Assembly (NCBI RefSeq): GCF_964204645.1
Contig: NC_134032.1
Span: 7,924,275-7,988,274 of the forward strand
Direction of reading: 5' to 3'
DNA: 64,000 nucleotides
Source of the DNA: Tubulanus polymorphus
Taxonomy: Eukaryota; Animalia; Nemertea
Part shown: piece after piece, positions 11,218-24,533 of the stretch
Numbering within the stretch: the stretch's first letter is position 1
Layout: each line of letters begins with the position of its first letter
Translations under genes and position numbers: made by a program
The notes under the pieces: generated by a model
Told to the model about the DNA's origin: nothing
Databases searched by the model: none
Seen by the model: the letters and a program-made list of their open reading frames with translations, nothing else

Positions 11218-12810
11218 AATTTATTTATTTATCTATTTCAGAAATAAATTGCAACAATATGTACAATGTTATTGTTAATACATAATGTTGTAATATAAAA
11301 CTGGGGTTTCAGAAAAAGCAAGGCTTGTATAAACTGAAACCCTGAAAAGGAATGTTAAATATATAAAATGTAGTAGTTGGCTAATAAACTGCTGTTTTAA
11401 ATTAACTGCGATAAATACAGAGATTTACGAGAAAATACACTAGTATGCTCAATAAATATAAAGCAGCTTAAGAAGGATCAGCAAAAGAGGACAATCAATT
11501 AATAAGTGGATATATAATGGCGTTTCATATTTGATTTGAAAATATTCAAACTTTTACTGGTTTTTATTGACTGACTAATTTGATTCCAAAGTTTTGGACC
11601 CTTTACTCTCAATGAAAACTTTTAAACATTAGTATGGTAATGACTCAAACGAAGGTTAGTCCTCGATCTGGTATGATGATTATGAATTGATGCATTTAAC
11701 TCAAAAAGATCAGCGAACGTGCGAGGTAGAAGGTTGTGGGAATGACAATACACAAACTGCCCAACAAGAAGAAACCAATCTACAAGTTTAGCTAATTCCG
11801 TGTTTACAATGAGTTCAAGATGGCTCGGATTTGGGTGGCTTTTGAAAATATTGGAATCATCAGCAAACAACACATACTGGAAAATTGGAGAAGCATTAAC
11901 GCAATCATTTATGTATAGTAGAAATAGAATTGGGCCTAAGACAGAACCTTGTGGCACTCCAAGACTAATTGGACTAAGAGAAGAAGTATGTTTATCAATA
12001 ACAACTGCCTGTTTTCTGTCCGACAAGTAACTTTTAAACAACAAAAGAGGTAAGCCTCTGATACCATAGTGATCCAATTTGTTAAAAAATATTTTGTGAT
12101 CTATAGTATCAAAGGCTTTTGACAAGTCTAGAAATATTCCAACTGTAGTCTCACCTTTATCCATACTTTCAGTAATTTTATCAGAAATAGTTGCAACTGC
12201 TAGGGACGTAGAATAGTATTTTCTGAAACCAAACTGATACTCACTGAGAATTCCATATTTGTCTAGAAAACTAGATAAACGAGTAAATATTATTTTTTCT
12301 AGAATTTTGCTAAAGCACGTGAGTAGTGAAATAGGCCTATAATTACTGAAAATATCGTCATCTCCCGATTTGTACAAAGGTTTTACCCTGGCAATTTTTA
12401 AAGCATTAGGAACAACACCCGTAACCATACTGCGATTAGATACATGAGCTAACGGAACAGAAATCAGATCAATGACTTGTTTGATGACACGTTGGCTTAT
12501 GTCATCATGATCACAACTATCTTTGAGTTTGAAAGCTTTGGCAATATTTTGGATTTCGAGACTGTTAGTCGGTAAAAAGAATACATTTTCGGCAAGAGGA
12601 TGTCCAAGATAGAAGCTGGGATCATGTTGGGAGGGTGGTATGTCTTGAGCAAGTGACTTGCCAATATTTGTATAATAGTTGTTAAATCCGTTACTAATAT
12701 CTGCAGGGCTACTAAGCGTGGTTGAATTTGTTTTAAAGACTGAGGGGTATGAAGCTCTATTACAAGTGGTTTGATTGTTAGAAATTAGCCCACCAATAAT
12801 TTTCCAGGTA
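11218..12810 (-). mobile_element. CR1/L2-group LINE, 5'-truncated and internally deleted, with RT domain and 3' tail
   Basis: ORF 12428-11622 has NYRPISLL, FLDLSKAFDTIDH, GVPQGSVLGPILFLLYIND and LFADD. It jumps from WFL to LVGQFVY (deletion). The frame extends upstream to about 12810, and a (TAAA)n tail lies at 11218-11240. Confidence 0.92.
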
Positions 12811-14367
12811 TCTTAAAACAACTGATCTCGTGTGCTAGACATCTGCTGCCTGGGGTTATTCCCTTTATACAATGTAACATCGTCGCTCCAAAATACGACA
12901 ATTTTCTAATGTAATAATTGTGTTGATGTAAGAAGAAAATACGGTACTTGCATGAATATATTTTGTAGATAAACTTTGTCCGAATAAATTTCTGTGAATG
13001 GCCCCAGAAAATATTTCATATCATTTTGCTTTAATAAATCTTCCTTAGACTGATATCATCCAAGATAGACACTTCCAAGATGGTTGCCACATCAGATGAC
13101 CCAAACCTATCTAGAAAGATGACTGGCTACATAAGTATCCCAGCCAATATCCCTATGAAATCATCAAAATACCCCCATTGACCCACCTTGGAGATGCAAT
13201 TTCCGAATGATTGTCAAATTTTCAGGTTTTTAACGATCTTTATCCTTACGAAAAAGAGCCACGGCACCTTTATGAGAAGGCAGGGCTCCAACCCCGAGAC
13301 CACCCCGAGTCCGCTCCGTCTGGTGTAGTTTCAGCTATTTACCTTGCAAGGACCCTGGAGTAACAGTTTTCCGTTCACCTTCACATAATTCGTAATTCAT
13401 GGTAAAATTTACCCAGAGATGTGCAGATTGAATTGATTTGGCTGCAAAAATGACACCGTGTTTTTCATTTCAGCTAAAGCTTTTAAGTTGACTCACAGTC
13501 GGCCGCCAATGTATGCCGTAAATAACTTGGTCGAACTTCGTTATACATTAACGATTTATCAGATATAGCATTTCCCAAGTAAGGCAATCTAATCATTTTC
13601 ATACTGGAACTATCGGTTATCGAACATATCGCTGGTCCCGTGAAATTCGTTGTCACGAGGTTCCACTGTATCACCTTTAGCCTTATGCATGTATACCATG
13701 TAGTTTTTTTCATTGTCTGGTCACTTGAAATTCGGAACATTTCAGCGGAAATATAAGCTTTATCTCATATTCGGTATTTAATCAGATAAGACTGAAAATT
13801 GGACGAGGGTTTTAAAAGTAATAGACTAAAACTTCCATTTTTATCAAACGAACAATGTTTTGGTCTTTATATCCCAAATCAAATTAAAGTCACACAGTAA
13901 CAGTGGAGCTGAGTAAAAAAAACTAATACACAGATTTGAAATTCAAATATATATTATTATTGGAATATTTTACTTTTCATCCATAATTCATGATTCATAA
14001 ATTTCATAATTCAATACACATTCAAAACAAACCAGCCAAATATATTATTTTTAGTTCATATACTATAGTACAGGTATCAATCTGCTTCCCCCTTCAAACA
14101 TTCACCATTTGCTGAGTGAAGACTGAATTACCACTTTTTTATGTCTGGTATTTCATTTCCTATAAAAACGGCTCGGCTAAAGTGTGCACAATCAACTTTC
14201 GAAAGTGTGCTGATAAAAATTTATAATGTCTGTTAGCTCGTAAATACGAATCTTGAGGGCAAAAGTGAAATTGTTGTATTAAACCGGTTTCAAAGTTTGA
14301 TTGCTATAAATATCTTAGCTGGGACATGCAGGAAATCATCGCAATAAACGGGTTTCGTCTTGAACAG

Positions 14368-14956
14368 CAGTGGCGGATCCAGGGTCCTATATCTTGTGTT
14401 TTAAATTGTATAAGGGCACCCAATATTATGGGCTTCCGTTTCATGCCTCGTAAGCGCTGCAGGCGCAAAGGCATTAAAGGGGATCCGGGGGATCCTCTAG
14501 AAATCTAAAAAATTTAGACAATTTTGGGCCTTTCTGGTGGGTTTTGAAACCATAAAAGCTGATTTTAAAGCAGGACATTGATGCAAAGTTCTAACGAAAG
14601 ACTGAGAAAAAGTTGACATGTTTCCACGCGATACTAAAATGAGTTTTAATATTTCGTTGATACGACAAAAAGTAAGTTTTATATATTCAACTTGATGTGC
14701 ATGTAATGCAAAACTAAAACGAACAAATGAATTGACATCCTCTCAACTGTTTATAGAATAAAATCTTTAATTCAATGCTGGCTGTGATCATTTATTGCCC
14801 ACACTGCGTGGCCATAACTATGTATGTTACAGGTACATGAGGTGCATATCACAGGGGCACGTGGATTGAGGGGCATCTCCAAGGGACACGGACAAGGCTT
14901 GACAGTATTGTCGGACAGTATTACGGAACCCTCGGACCCCCAGGATCTGCCCACAA
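14368..14956. mobile_element. CAG-ended MITE (CAGTGGCGGATCCA), degenerate right end
   Basis: Left TIR at 14368, right remnant GGATCTGCCCAC near 14943-14954, and AACAG on both flanks. Confidence 0.55.
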
Positions 14957-15169
14957 AACAGAATCATAGGTTCAACTGTTAATTCTCAAGCAAATGTACT
15001 GAGCACATGCAGTCTGGGCAATCACAAATTGTATGCAAGAGGGTGCTGAGTCAAGGTTGCCGATTGCCGGGACCAATCAACAAAAATATAATAAGACAGG
15101 GGTCTAAAGGAAGAGGAAGGGCAGCGACTACGCATGCCAAAAGCGGGTTTCCCACTTATCAGGTTATAG

Positions 15170-15238
15170 CATCCTCGCTTGCCAGGTTTTGATTGCGAGT
15201 TCGAGCGGGCTGCAATCAAACCCTGACAAGCGAGGATG
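15170..15238. mobile_element. 69-bp minimal MITE of the CATCCTC..GAGGATG family
   Basis: Almost fully palindromic, with a perfect 8-bp TSD GGTTATAG (15162-15169 / 15239-15246). Confidence 0.85.
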
Positions 15239-16916
15239 GGTTATAGATGCTATCTTCGTTTTAAGAATCTCCGGCTTGACAAATAGTGCATCCTCAATGG
15301 ATGGAAGACAGGGGTCCAGACCCCGAAAATACCAACCAGACCCGCACCTAGAACGATACCTGTACATATTTTAACGGGAGATGCTTATGCGCGATACATC
15401 AATAAACATTCATAATTAACATAACGTATGTATTAGAAAATATTATTTTTATAACTACAATTGACGGTAAATTCTTTTTATAAATATAGATGTGATCAAT
15501 CTATTAGATACATGTTAAAATTATTAAATTATCCTCATATTATCAGATTATCCTCATAAATCTTCATGGCGGTTGGCGGTTGAGCAAGGCGAGACCACAC
15601 TTCGCGAAAACCTAAAACAAGCAGATACGAATCTAAACAGAAATTCTTATTTTTAAATGTTCAATAACTTACGCCGGAAGGGCCTCATCGTATAACGAAC
15701 TTCGAAATGTGAAAAAATCGGATTTTGTCGGAAATACAAATAATTTCACACTGGTTTGAATGAACGTAGGTTTAGAACTAATAGATTTTTACCCGTGGTA
15801 CATCAATACCTCGCTGAAAGAGCTAAAAAGCTGAAAGAAGTCCCCAACCAGAAAAATTGATTTTCATTAAAGATTTACTTATTTCATGAAAATGGAACTT
15901 TTTTCTCGAAAGTGGAAATTTTTGTATGGTACCCGTGCCAACGTCAAGTCGTGGAAGTACTTGCACAGACATTTTTTTGAAACGAGATGCAGAGAAGCAA
16001 TTTCAAAAATGTGGGGGTGGGGGCAGGAATTTACGTCTTCTTCCAACAACTTGGCCTCAAATCAACTAACTTTGGAAGCAAGCATACTTTGAACGAAAAT
16101 AAATGAGAAAGTGCTACCAATGAATACATCTTAAGAAATTGATGCTCAAATCTTCTTAAGGTCAGCATCGAGCGGAACTAAATTGTTGTTACACTGACTA
16201 TATATTATGTAATAACTATTATGCCATGTTATAATCTCTGTACCAATTATTTATGCAAAATAAATCAAATCAAATGAAATCAAACTTTGTCAACGGCTGG
16301 GGTTTGTTCGAACCTCCCCCCCCCCTAAATATTGGCCCCGTACTGGATATGACAAACCGATTTCTTTCTTGGACCCGAAGTTCGTTCCGTGTATTTCAAG
16401 ACTTTAAAGAATTCACTTGAGAATACGAAACGTGTAATCATATATTGCCTATGATAGAAATGAAAGTCGGAAGAATCTTCGCCAGTGAACAACTTATATT
16501 CTTTATACGTTTTCTCGCTCACTGGCTGTTTTCTCTCTCCAGTCTCGTCTTACGGTGTCTATCTAGATTTCGGGGACCCTCATATATTATGAAATTGGCG
16601 ACTCAAAAATGAAGGTTGTATCGACTTTAGTTAATTATGATTCTAGTCAGGGTTCAACCATTGTTCTAAATAATCTATAGGCTAGCTGCTGTTACACATA
16701 AATCATTGCTTGTTCAATGCGATTATCATTTACCTAACACGTGGAAAGTTTTATGATATGGAATCCATGCACAATGTATAAAAAATGCTAAAATTCTAAA
16801 ATTCAAAAATGCAACGTTTGATTTATTTTTTGAATTGCAAGTTTTTGCATAAACCACGTGCAGATAATTCGATGTGACATCTGGCTTATGGCAGAGCTTA
16901 TGTGGCAGTCTTATTA

Positions 16917-17378
16917 GTGGCCGTGCATAAAGTACGTACGCACATAGGCAGGGTTTCAGAAATCCGTATACAAAAGCTGCTTACAGGGGGAGGGAGGGGT
17001 AAGCTCAAAGCGTACATACTTTACCAAGGGCGAGAGTTAATATTTATAGTACGTACATTGTGCACGGAACACAATGTAATTTCTACAAATATCACCTATA
17101 TATTTGTCGGTATTTCCCGGGAATTCCCCATTCTCGGTCTTTCACTTCGTCAATACGTACATCGCCGTCGGAGCTCTAATGAATGCTGGTGAATTTTGCC
17201 TTATTTAAACCACGGATCCTGAAAAAATCCCTTTTACAGGGAAAGGGGGGTCAATCATAAAAGTATGTACGCAAGGGGGTATTAAAAAAAAAAAAATTCA
17301 GAGAGCATACATGGGGGAGGGGGGGGGGCGAGTTAAAAATACCCGGAAGTCAAGCGTACGTACTTTATGCACGGCCCC
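16917..17378. mobile_element. PIF/Harbinger-type MITE
   Basis: TIR GGCCGTGCATAAAGTACGTACGC / GCGTACGTACTTTATGCACGGCC with TTA TSD. Confidence 0.85.
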
Positions 17379-17601
17379 TTATGAATCGTTAGTAGAAATA
17401 TTCATATCGCATGTGTTTCATTCAGCATAAATACTTCCCTTCCTATACGACATATATACGCGCTACGCATGTACCGCATTGCATAAGCCTAGCCTGGATT
17501 TAGCCGGTCCCAGCTGATACGGATATAAGCATAGCCGACCGCGCATCTATTAACTGAGTACGTGCAGTGGTTCTCGACCCCGTGACCGACCTGCTCAAAA
17601 C

Positions 17602-20600
17602 TTATGCGTTTACTCCGATCGTGTTTAGATCATCACCGCGAACTTGCATTGTGTCCGCACTCGGCCGATCGTGCGCCTGCCAGACGGGCTCGCCGATGAA
17701 AAAACGCTTGGCACGAATGAAATTCTGAAAGCGAAATCGTATGAAAGCTGAATTAAGATATCGCGAGCATAGTTAAAGCATTTGGTGAGAGAGCTAAAAA
17801 GCCCCGGTTCCAAAAGTTAAGAAGTTGAAATTTTAATTCAAGTAGCTGAAATCTGAGAGTTTATAGAAGAGTGACATATTCTAACATTCGTGGAACCGAG
17901 TCCTGTGACAAACCAGTAAAATTTAACCCGAAATTGGTATTGAATCCTGGGTACGAGTTTGACAAATACAGTAAACCTAGCCCTATCGTGTTGTCTGTAC
18001 ACGCACCACGTTCGTCCAGGCATCATGATATGGTAAGGCCACGCCAAAAGAAAACCCTGTTTCTCGGGCCTGACCAGCCCGATATTTCGTCGTTTCAAAT
18101 AATCATTTTCAAATTAAAATATAAATTGCCTATCGAACCTTTTTCAAAATCTTGGGTGAAATAATTTTTTCCAAAAATATCTATGTGGCCGACTGACTAC
18201 CAAACTCTCGGTTCGCATAAATATTCTTTCCTTTTTAATCAAATCGTGATGTTGGCACTAAGATCAACATCATAAAACTATTCTATCACATCGGATTTCA
18301 CATTCTGGAAATGATACAGCCATGCTCAGACAACTAATCAGACATTGATGGCGACCTTGGATTGTAAAATTCCAGGAATTCCGTTAAATATTTTCAAAAT
18401 ATTGTTTTTATATAGGTAATTGTACAAACACCTCAATTTCCTTTTATTATTGTGGTCTTCTAGCTGTACAGTTAATCATATTCCTGACTAAAAATTTTGT
18501 CCAGTAATAAGTATTGACGGCGACCTACCCCATTTTCAAAAGTATATCCAAAATGTATTTTTCTATATAAGGAAAAAAATTCCCTACCTACCGATTTTCG
18601 AGCTTGCCCTGCCTGAGAAACAGAATTTTCTTTTGGTGTGGCCTAACCTGGACATTTTTCTTTGAAAATGAATTAAACTGCCACCATATCTGAACCATCA
18701 GGTTTAGGCAGACATTCATAATTAATTTGTGAAAAATGAGTTCGTCCGGACTTCGCCCTTGAAAAGGTGATGGTCTAAGTGAAAAGGGTGCAGACAGCAG
18801 ATTCACTCGGACACAGCCAACTACGACCTTTGACTAGAACAAATATTTTTTTTCGGACTTATGTATTTTCCGATCATGAACTCTGGACTTAGGCTTAAAA
18901 CCAATTTTGCTGGTTGCAGTTATTTTCTGGGTTAGGCAACATTTACTCTACAATTTAAACAAAATTTCTAACTCTGTACACGCCGAGTTAAGAGCTTTTG
19001 AAATGCGCAGTACACTCCATCTCTTATGGCATGCTCAGTAAAGTTGAAAGCGGCATAATTCTACCCCGAGCGATGAAATGTTGGGTAGCATTCATTGTAT
19101 AATATAGTACATGTAATACAAAATGCATCAGATTTTTGCATAGGCCATAAGCATATATTTAGATAAATGTGACATCTTGCTTTGAGCTGCAGTTTTTAAT
19201 TGAAGCGCTTATTGAAAATGCTAAGTACAAGTAAAAGCCAAGTGACAATCCGAAGTCTAAATTTCCATCCCTACAACTCCTTCCTCCAGGTCACTGACCT
19301 TCTCTGGCGGCCCATAACTGGTTAACTCGAATGTTTTTTTCCAGCAAGCTAAGTCTCCACCTAGCAGGGGTGTAGCCAGGGTTTTTAAGTTATAGGCATG
19401 AAAACATGAAATACATACATGTATTTCGCAATCATCGCTTTTAAACACAAAGTTTTTCTATGTCTTAAATTCTGTCTCCTTAACTTCTCCAGCAATATAG
19501 TTTTGAACAAATGACAACTCGGGCCAAAAATATAGGTACATAGGCTACTACTGGCACCACCCCTGCCCAGTCAAACCATCCTTCAACTCACCTATTTCAA
19601 GATCTAATTATATATCTCAATAAGGCAGGGGACAAGCAGTGCTATAAGCGCTTAATTAAAAGTACAAGACAACGTATTTACATTTTTTTCTTATCTAAAT
19701 ATCCCACCATTACGATGAAGTAATTCCGTCTATATACTGTTTTCTAGCCGGGTGGTCATCGGCCGGGCGGTTAATAGGGGTCCAAACTGGCTCCCCAATG
19801 AAAAATCGCCGTGCCTTTATGTAATCCTAATAAAGTGTAAAAAATATCAACGTGAAGCATGTGGTTCACCTGCACGTATGGGTTTTATGCAACAAATTTT
19901 GTCCATCCAGAGTTTGTCTTTTAGATGGACAATAAACAAGGTCCGTGTGAAAAAAAAAATTTTCAAACTCATAAATCTTAATTCAACGTTAACTGATTAG
20001 CACTCACGACTTTCACCATGTAGCCTCTATTACTCCTATTACTACAATTTCAGGGAAAATCTACATTTATCATAATACAGAATTGAATAGCTCATTTCCA
20101 GATGATTTTCATGTTTAACAAGTTTGTGTTAATCTTGTTGCAAATAGTCAAGGCTTTCATATGAAATAAGATTTGATAATGGCCTACCGAAATCGTGACG
20201 TTTTGCCCACTGAAATTCATCCAGACTTACATAGATAAATGCCTAGTAAATAAGTGAGCACTCATAATATCACTCGCGTTCATATCCCAAATACTCGAGA
20301 ATTTCAAATAGGAAGATGTCGATTTCTGTAAGGAATTTTTTCGTCTTGGTGGGTTCAAATCCAATTATGAACGTTTTTGTGTAGTGGACCAAAAAAGAGT
20401 CAGTGCAAATGCGGGCGGCTTGACGAGTAATAGGTGGCAGGGAGGATACGGGTGGCTCGAATGCTAAATAAGTTCACGAAATCATGATTTTTTTCTCACG
20501 AACCGGAGGATTATCGTCGTCTTTTTACCTTGGAATCAAGGGTGAATCGGTGATAGATTCCCGGCGGTAGGATCAGCATGTCGCCGCGGATAACCTCGAT

Positions 20601-23600
20601 TCGAATCCAGCGGTCGTCGTTGTTACGAACGTCGAAATATCCGCTGCCGTCCACGACGTAGCGTATCTCTTCATCCGAATGTAAGTGTTCGGTAAAAAAC
20701 GACTTTAACTGAAAAAAAAAGAATTTGAAATAAATTTGATCGATTCAATTAGTTCAAACTATCTTTCATTGATAACGTTTAGAACAACGTTAAGAAACTA
20801 GGGGTCCAGGAACACCACGCTGCCCACTTGGTGAATTAATGCAGTACCCGGTAATCAATGAGCTTGAAACTCATCACAATCATAGAGCGTGTCAAGAGCA
20901 ATGATGTAGCAATTTATATCGGTAACAAAATATTCCTACATAGAGGCCTAATTGAAGTACCGTGCTACGAATGGCCATAATGGCAAATTATACGATTGAT
21001 TGCAGTTACAACATAGGTATGCATGTATTGCCGATATAGATAGAAAATTTTATCTGAGGCCTATACTACACATCTTCACATGAGGACTGACAAGGCTAAG
21101 ATGGCCACCAATTGGGCTTACGTAAAACTGATCATAAAACCCGTGGCCGTTTGATGTGTAAGAGATCCCTTCCCCAAAAGTATTTCAACAGAAACATCAA
21201 GGGTATTGATCAAAGCAGCTTCAAGACTTGGCTTCAAAACTTCAAACATTGGTAAAAGGAGGTGATCGGTGAACAACAATTGCTGCCAGTCGCTATCTTG
21301 AATCTGATCGCACCAGTTTTTGGGCTGTAGATGTGTCAAGGGTAGTTCCATACATAAACCCAATTTCAAGAAAAACCATTGAACTTTCCAAATTTCCAGA
21401 CTGATGAAAGGATGGACGGATGGATGAACGCATTAGACTCCTGAGTGGGCTAAAAATGATTTCCAAGAATGTTCCCTTTTCTTTACCTTTCTTATCGACC
21501 ATAGGAAGAATAATGTCATAAACTTTCGATAGGAGTTTTTCAAATGATACGCGAAGCTTAACAACATACACGGAAAACGTTTTGTAATCAAAACTGATAC
21601 TGGTAGTCATTGGCCTATATATTTGTCAGAAAATGTTTCGAACCAATCTAATCATCGCACTACTTGCAAATACCTTTTCTTCGTAATTTGGCAGCTTTTC
21701 GGGGGTGGCCTCGATTTCGTCTTCGTAATTATAGCCGCGATCGGCGCGAATTACATTTAATTCCGGTTCGTAGTTGTCTCCGTCCAACTTTAAAAAAAAG
21801 ATACAAAAACACTTCGTTTTAAATTTGACAAGTTCAAATTGAAAAATCAACTGAAAACTAAACAAAGAAAACATTTTCTTTTAGTAACGTTATTCTCTTT
21901 AAATTTCGGTGTCTTATTTATATTCAATAATCCGTATCTAAAGTGGTTCTACTTGGGGCCTATTCCACAAACAAATACGCGGTCCACTTGTCCGGGCATG
22001 TGTATCCATTTTAGCTGTTGGGAACAAATTTCTAGTGAGTAAACCTAACTATTGACACCGTCAGTTTTATGTGCCTAATAGATTGTCTAGTAGATTTTTT
22101 TCTGTCTACAATTTTCGAATTTAACAGACAAACTACTTCCCATAACCCATTAAACAATGCATTCAATTTTCAATTAATAATGTATCAGTCACAGCATGAT
22201 TTTTTCGCAGAAAATTAATTGCTTTTATTGGCCTATTATAATATGTGATCAAAAATTTTTGCTCACAGGAGTCAATTTTCTATGCGCTCGATAATTATTC
22301 AAAATTTTCTATGCGTTCTAATTATTCCAATTTATCAATATATTTTGCGTGATTTCTGTTAGGCCTATGTTTCACGCCAAAAACACACCGCCAGGCACAC
22401 CACAGACCGTGCCTTTTTTGTTTTTGTAAAATCATGTAAAATTATTACTGCGTTGAAGAGTACTTATTTATGAAAACTAAGATCTTGACGGTATGGGACT
22501 TTCTGGCTGTGCGATTGAGTTTGGTGCGGTATCGCGCATCCACTAAAATCACCACTTTTCTATCCTCCGTTCAATTGAAGCGACTCTTAATACATAATTA
22601 TTACAATCGTCAAAATTAGCGAATCTTCAAAGATGAAACAGCGATTCTAACATTTCTAAGACCTGTTAAGTTTGGACTTTACAATTATAGCGATTGTATC
22701 AATTCTACGATTCCACGTGGCAATTCTAACAATTCTATATCTATTTAAATTTCGATTGTAGCGATTTGAACAACACTTTACCCTATAAACAATAACATTC
22801 TAAACCCTAAACCTAAAAACACACAACCCTCTAGTCTAAACCCAAATCCTAAAAAAAACACTTACACTTAAACATATAAGCACTAAACCCATATTAAACC
22901 CTCACCCTCTCAACTCAATCCCCCTAAACACTTAAGCCTTTATAAGCCCTAACCCTATAACAACTAACCTGCTAAACACTAACCCTGATAAACACTAACC
23001 CTATAGACCCTATAATGTTAGTATATTAATGAAAGTCTCAATTGAAATGTAAATTGATTAGGAATTATATCTTTTCATTTAAAAGCTTAGGATAGTAGAA
23101 TCGCTACAACCGCTTCAACAGCATAGTAAGAGGATCGTAGAATCGTTATATAGAATCATAGAAATGATGAGAAATGCGATTATAATAATAACATAGTTTT
23201 AGGATAGTCAAATCGCTATCGCTACAATCACGGATTGCAGAATCGTTATACAGAATGGTAGAATTGATGAAAAATGCGATTGTAATGAATTGTTTTCGAA
23301 CACAGGGACTAGACACAAAAGGATTTTGACCCCAACTATCCTCGGTACTATTAAAAAGACTTTTATAAGCGCACAGCGAGGCGCGAGCCGGAAGCTCCTT
23401 AAGTTAATCATGCGTATGAGGCAAATTCAAATTTTCTATATTTCTCCATACCGTCCTTCTCAAAAAGTTTCGTCGAAACTTGCGGGCCCATCGCGCGGGT
23501 AGGCCTAGTTTAAATACGTGAATGATGGATTACAAAATAATTTTGTGTAATTTTCAGAATATTTACAAAGAATATTCACAAAATATTGTCAAAAAATGTT

Positions 23601-24533
23601 ATTTTTAGTTCGTATTTCTCCGTAGAAACTGATTGGAAGACTGGATTCGAATCCCACAAAAAGCACAGTCCCTTAGCAACGGGTCGAATTTTTCAGAACA
23701 AGCGCACCGGTTTCACAGCATCGCTAAGGGTCGAGTCCCGAAGAATAACGCGCGCGCGGTCCGCGTGTTACATAATGACCGTCCCGCAACACACAAGTAC
23801 TGAATGATTAACTCAAAATTTTGCCAATCCCTGGGAGTAAAATGCCGTGCGTTTTTTAACATATCGTATCTTTATTAGTCTTTTACTCCCGTTTTTCAAA
23901 CGTTATTCCCCTATTCCGTTTCGAGTAAAATTCGTATACGCTATAATCCGTATTTAAAATACCGTTGTTCCATTAATTCCGTACCCATGCAACCCGTTGA
24001 TATACTTAGGAACAAATCTTTAGCCGAACACAGGTGCCCCGCAAAACCAATGTTTTTTTTACAATGTAGAATTCTATATGAGTTGGGAAGGGCACTCGCC
24101 TCTATTTATTCATTAAAACTTAAGACTGGCTGTGCGCTTCACCAAGTTTCGACTTTGACATATTATATTGTACCAAGGGTTCAAAATCCTTTTGTGTCAA
24201 GTCTCTGTGTGTGGCATAGAAGAATTGATGAAATTGCGATTGTACTAATAAGTAAGAATCAAAGAAAATAGTCCTTCAATTGTGTGTCACTAACAATTGT
24301 AGCATAAATTCGATACCAAATACACCAAATTTGACATAAGGCCTACAAGAGCAGGCTGTTGATTTGTATTGACCTTATCATATGCAAATCATCAGACAAA
24401 AAAGGGGTACACATACTTTCCAATATAGCAGTCCCAGTTTTTTCAAGTCTTCTAGCGCGACGAATTGAGGAGGGTCTGTCATATGCAGTTCCCTCTGATC
24501 CGCATCGATCGTGTCCATAAACCAAGCCCTCAT
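17602..24533 (-). CDS. ADI1: Acireductone dioxygenase (methionine salvage, cupin fold); 4 coding exons, 177 aa
   Basis: Exons (minus): 24533-24417 [39 protein letters not shown]; 21787-21674 [38 protein letters not shown]; 20708-20529 [60 protein letters not shown]; 17724-17602 [40 protein letters not shown]. All introns are GT-AG and phase 0. ARD metal-ligand motifs EHLHxDEEIR and GIYHRF are intact. Confidence 0.96.
18037..18643. mobile_element. PIF/Harbinger-type MITE (ADI1 intron 3)
   Basis: TIR GGCCACGCCAAAAGAAAA..CTGTTTCTC / GAGAAACAG..TTTTCTTTTGGTGTGGCC with TAA TSD. Confidence 0.8.
20795..21456 (-). mobile_element. HINE/DINE-1-like Helentron family B, diverged copy (ADI1 intron 2)
   Basis: Begins aaactaggggtccagg..gcccacttgg and ends ggacggatggatgaacgcattag..gtgggctaaaa, the reverse complement of the 32146-33406 ends. 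Confidence 0.7.
22780..23012. repeat. Degenerate (TAAACCC/CCCTAA)-like low-complexity tract
   Basis: Irregular taaaccctaa/cactaaccc units flanked by inverted gattgtagcgat/atcgctacaatc motifs, so probably a TE interior. Confidence 0.55.
23301..24209. mobile_element. CACAG-ended non-autonomous DNA transposon (ADI1 intron 1)
   Basis: TIRs CACAGGGACTAGACACAAAAGGATTTTGA / TCAAAATCCTTTTGTGTCAAGTCTCTGTG. No clear TSD. Confidence 0.75.

Noticed and set aside
16325-16522. 65-aa minus-strand ORF as the last ADI1 exon or a separate gene
   Set aside because: The true last exon is 17724-17602. This ORF has no recognisable motif and starts at GTG.
22780-23012. Interstitial telomere
   Set aside because: Units are irregular, with no run of perfect TTAGGG, and are embedded in TE-like inverted flanks.
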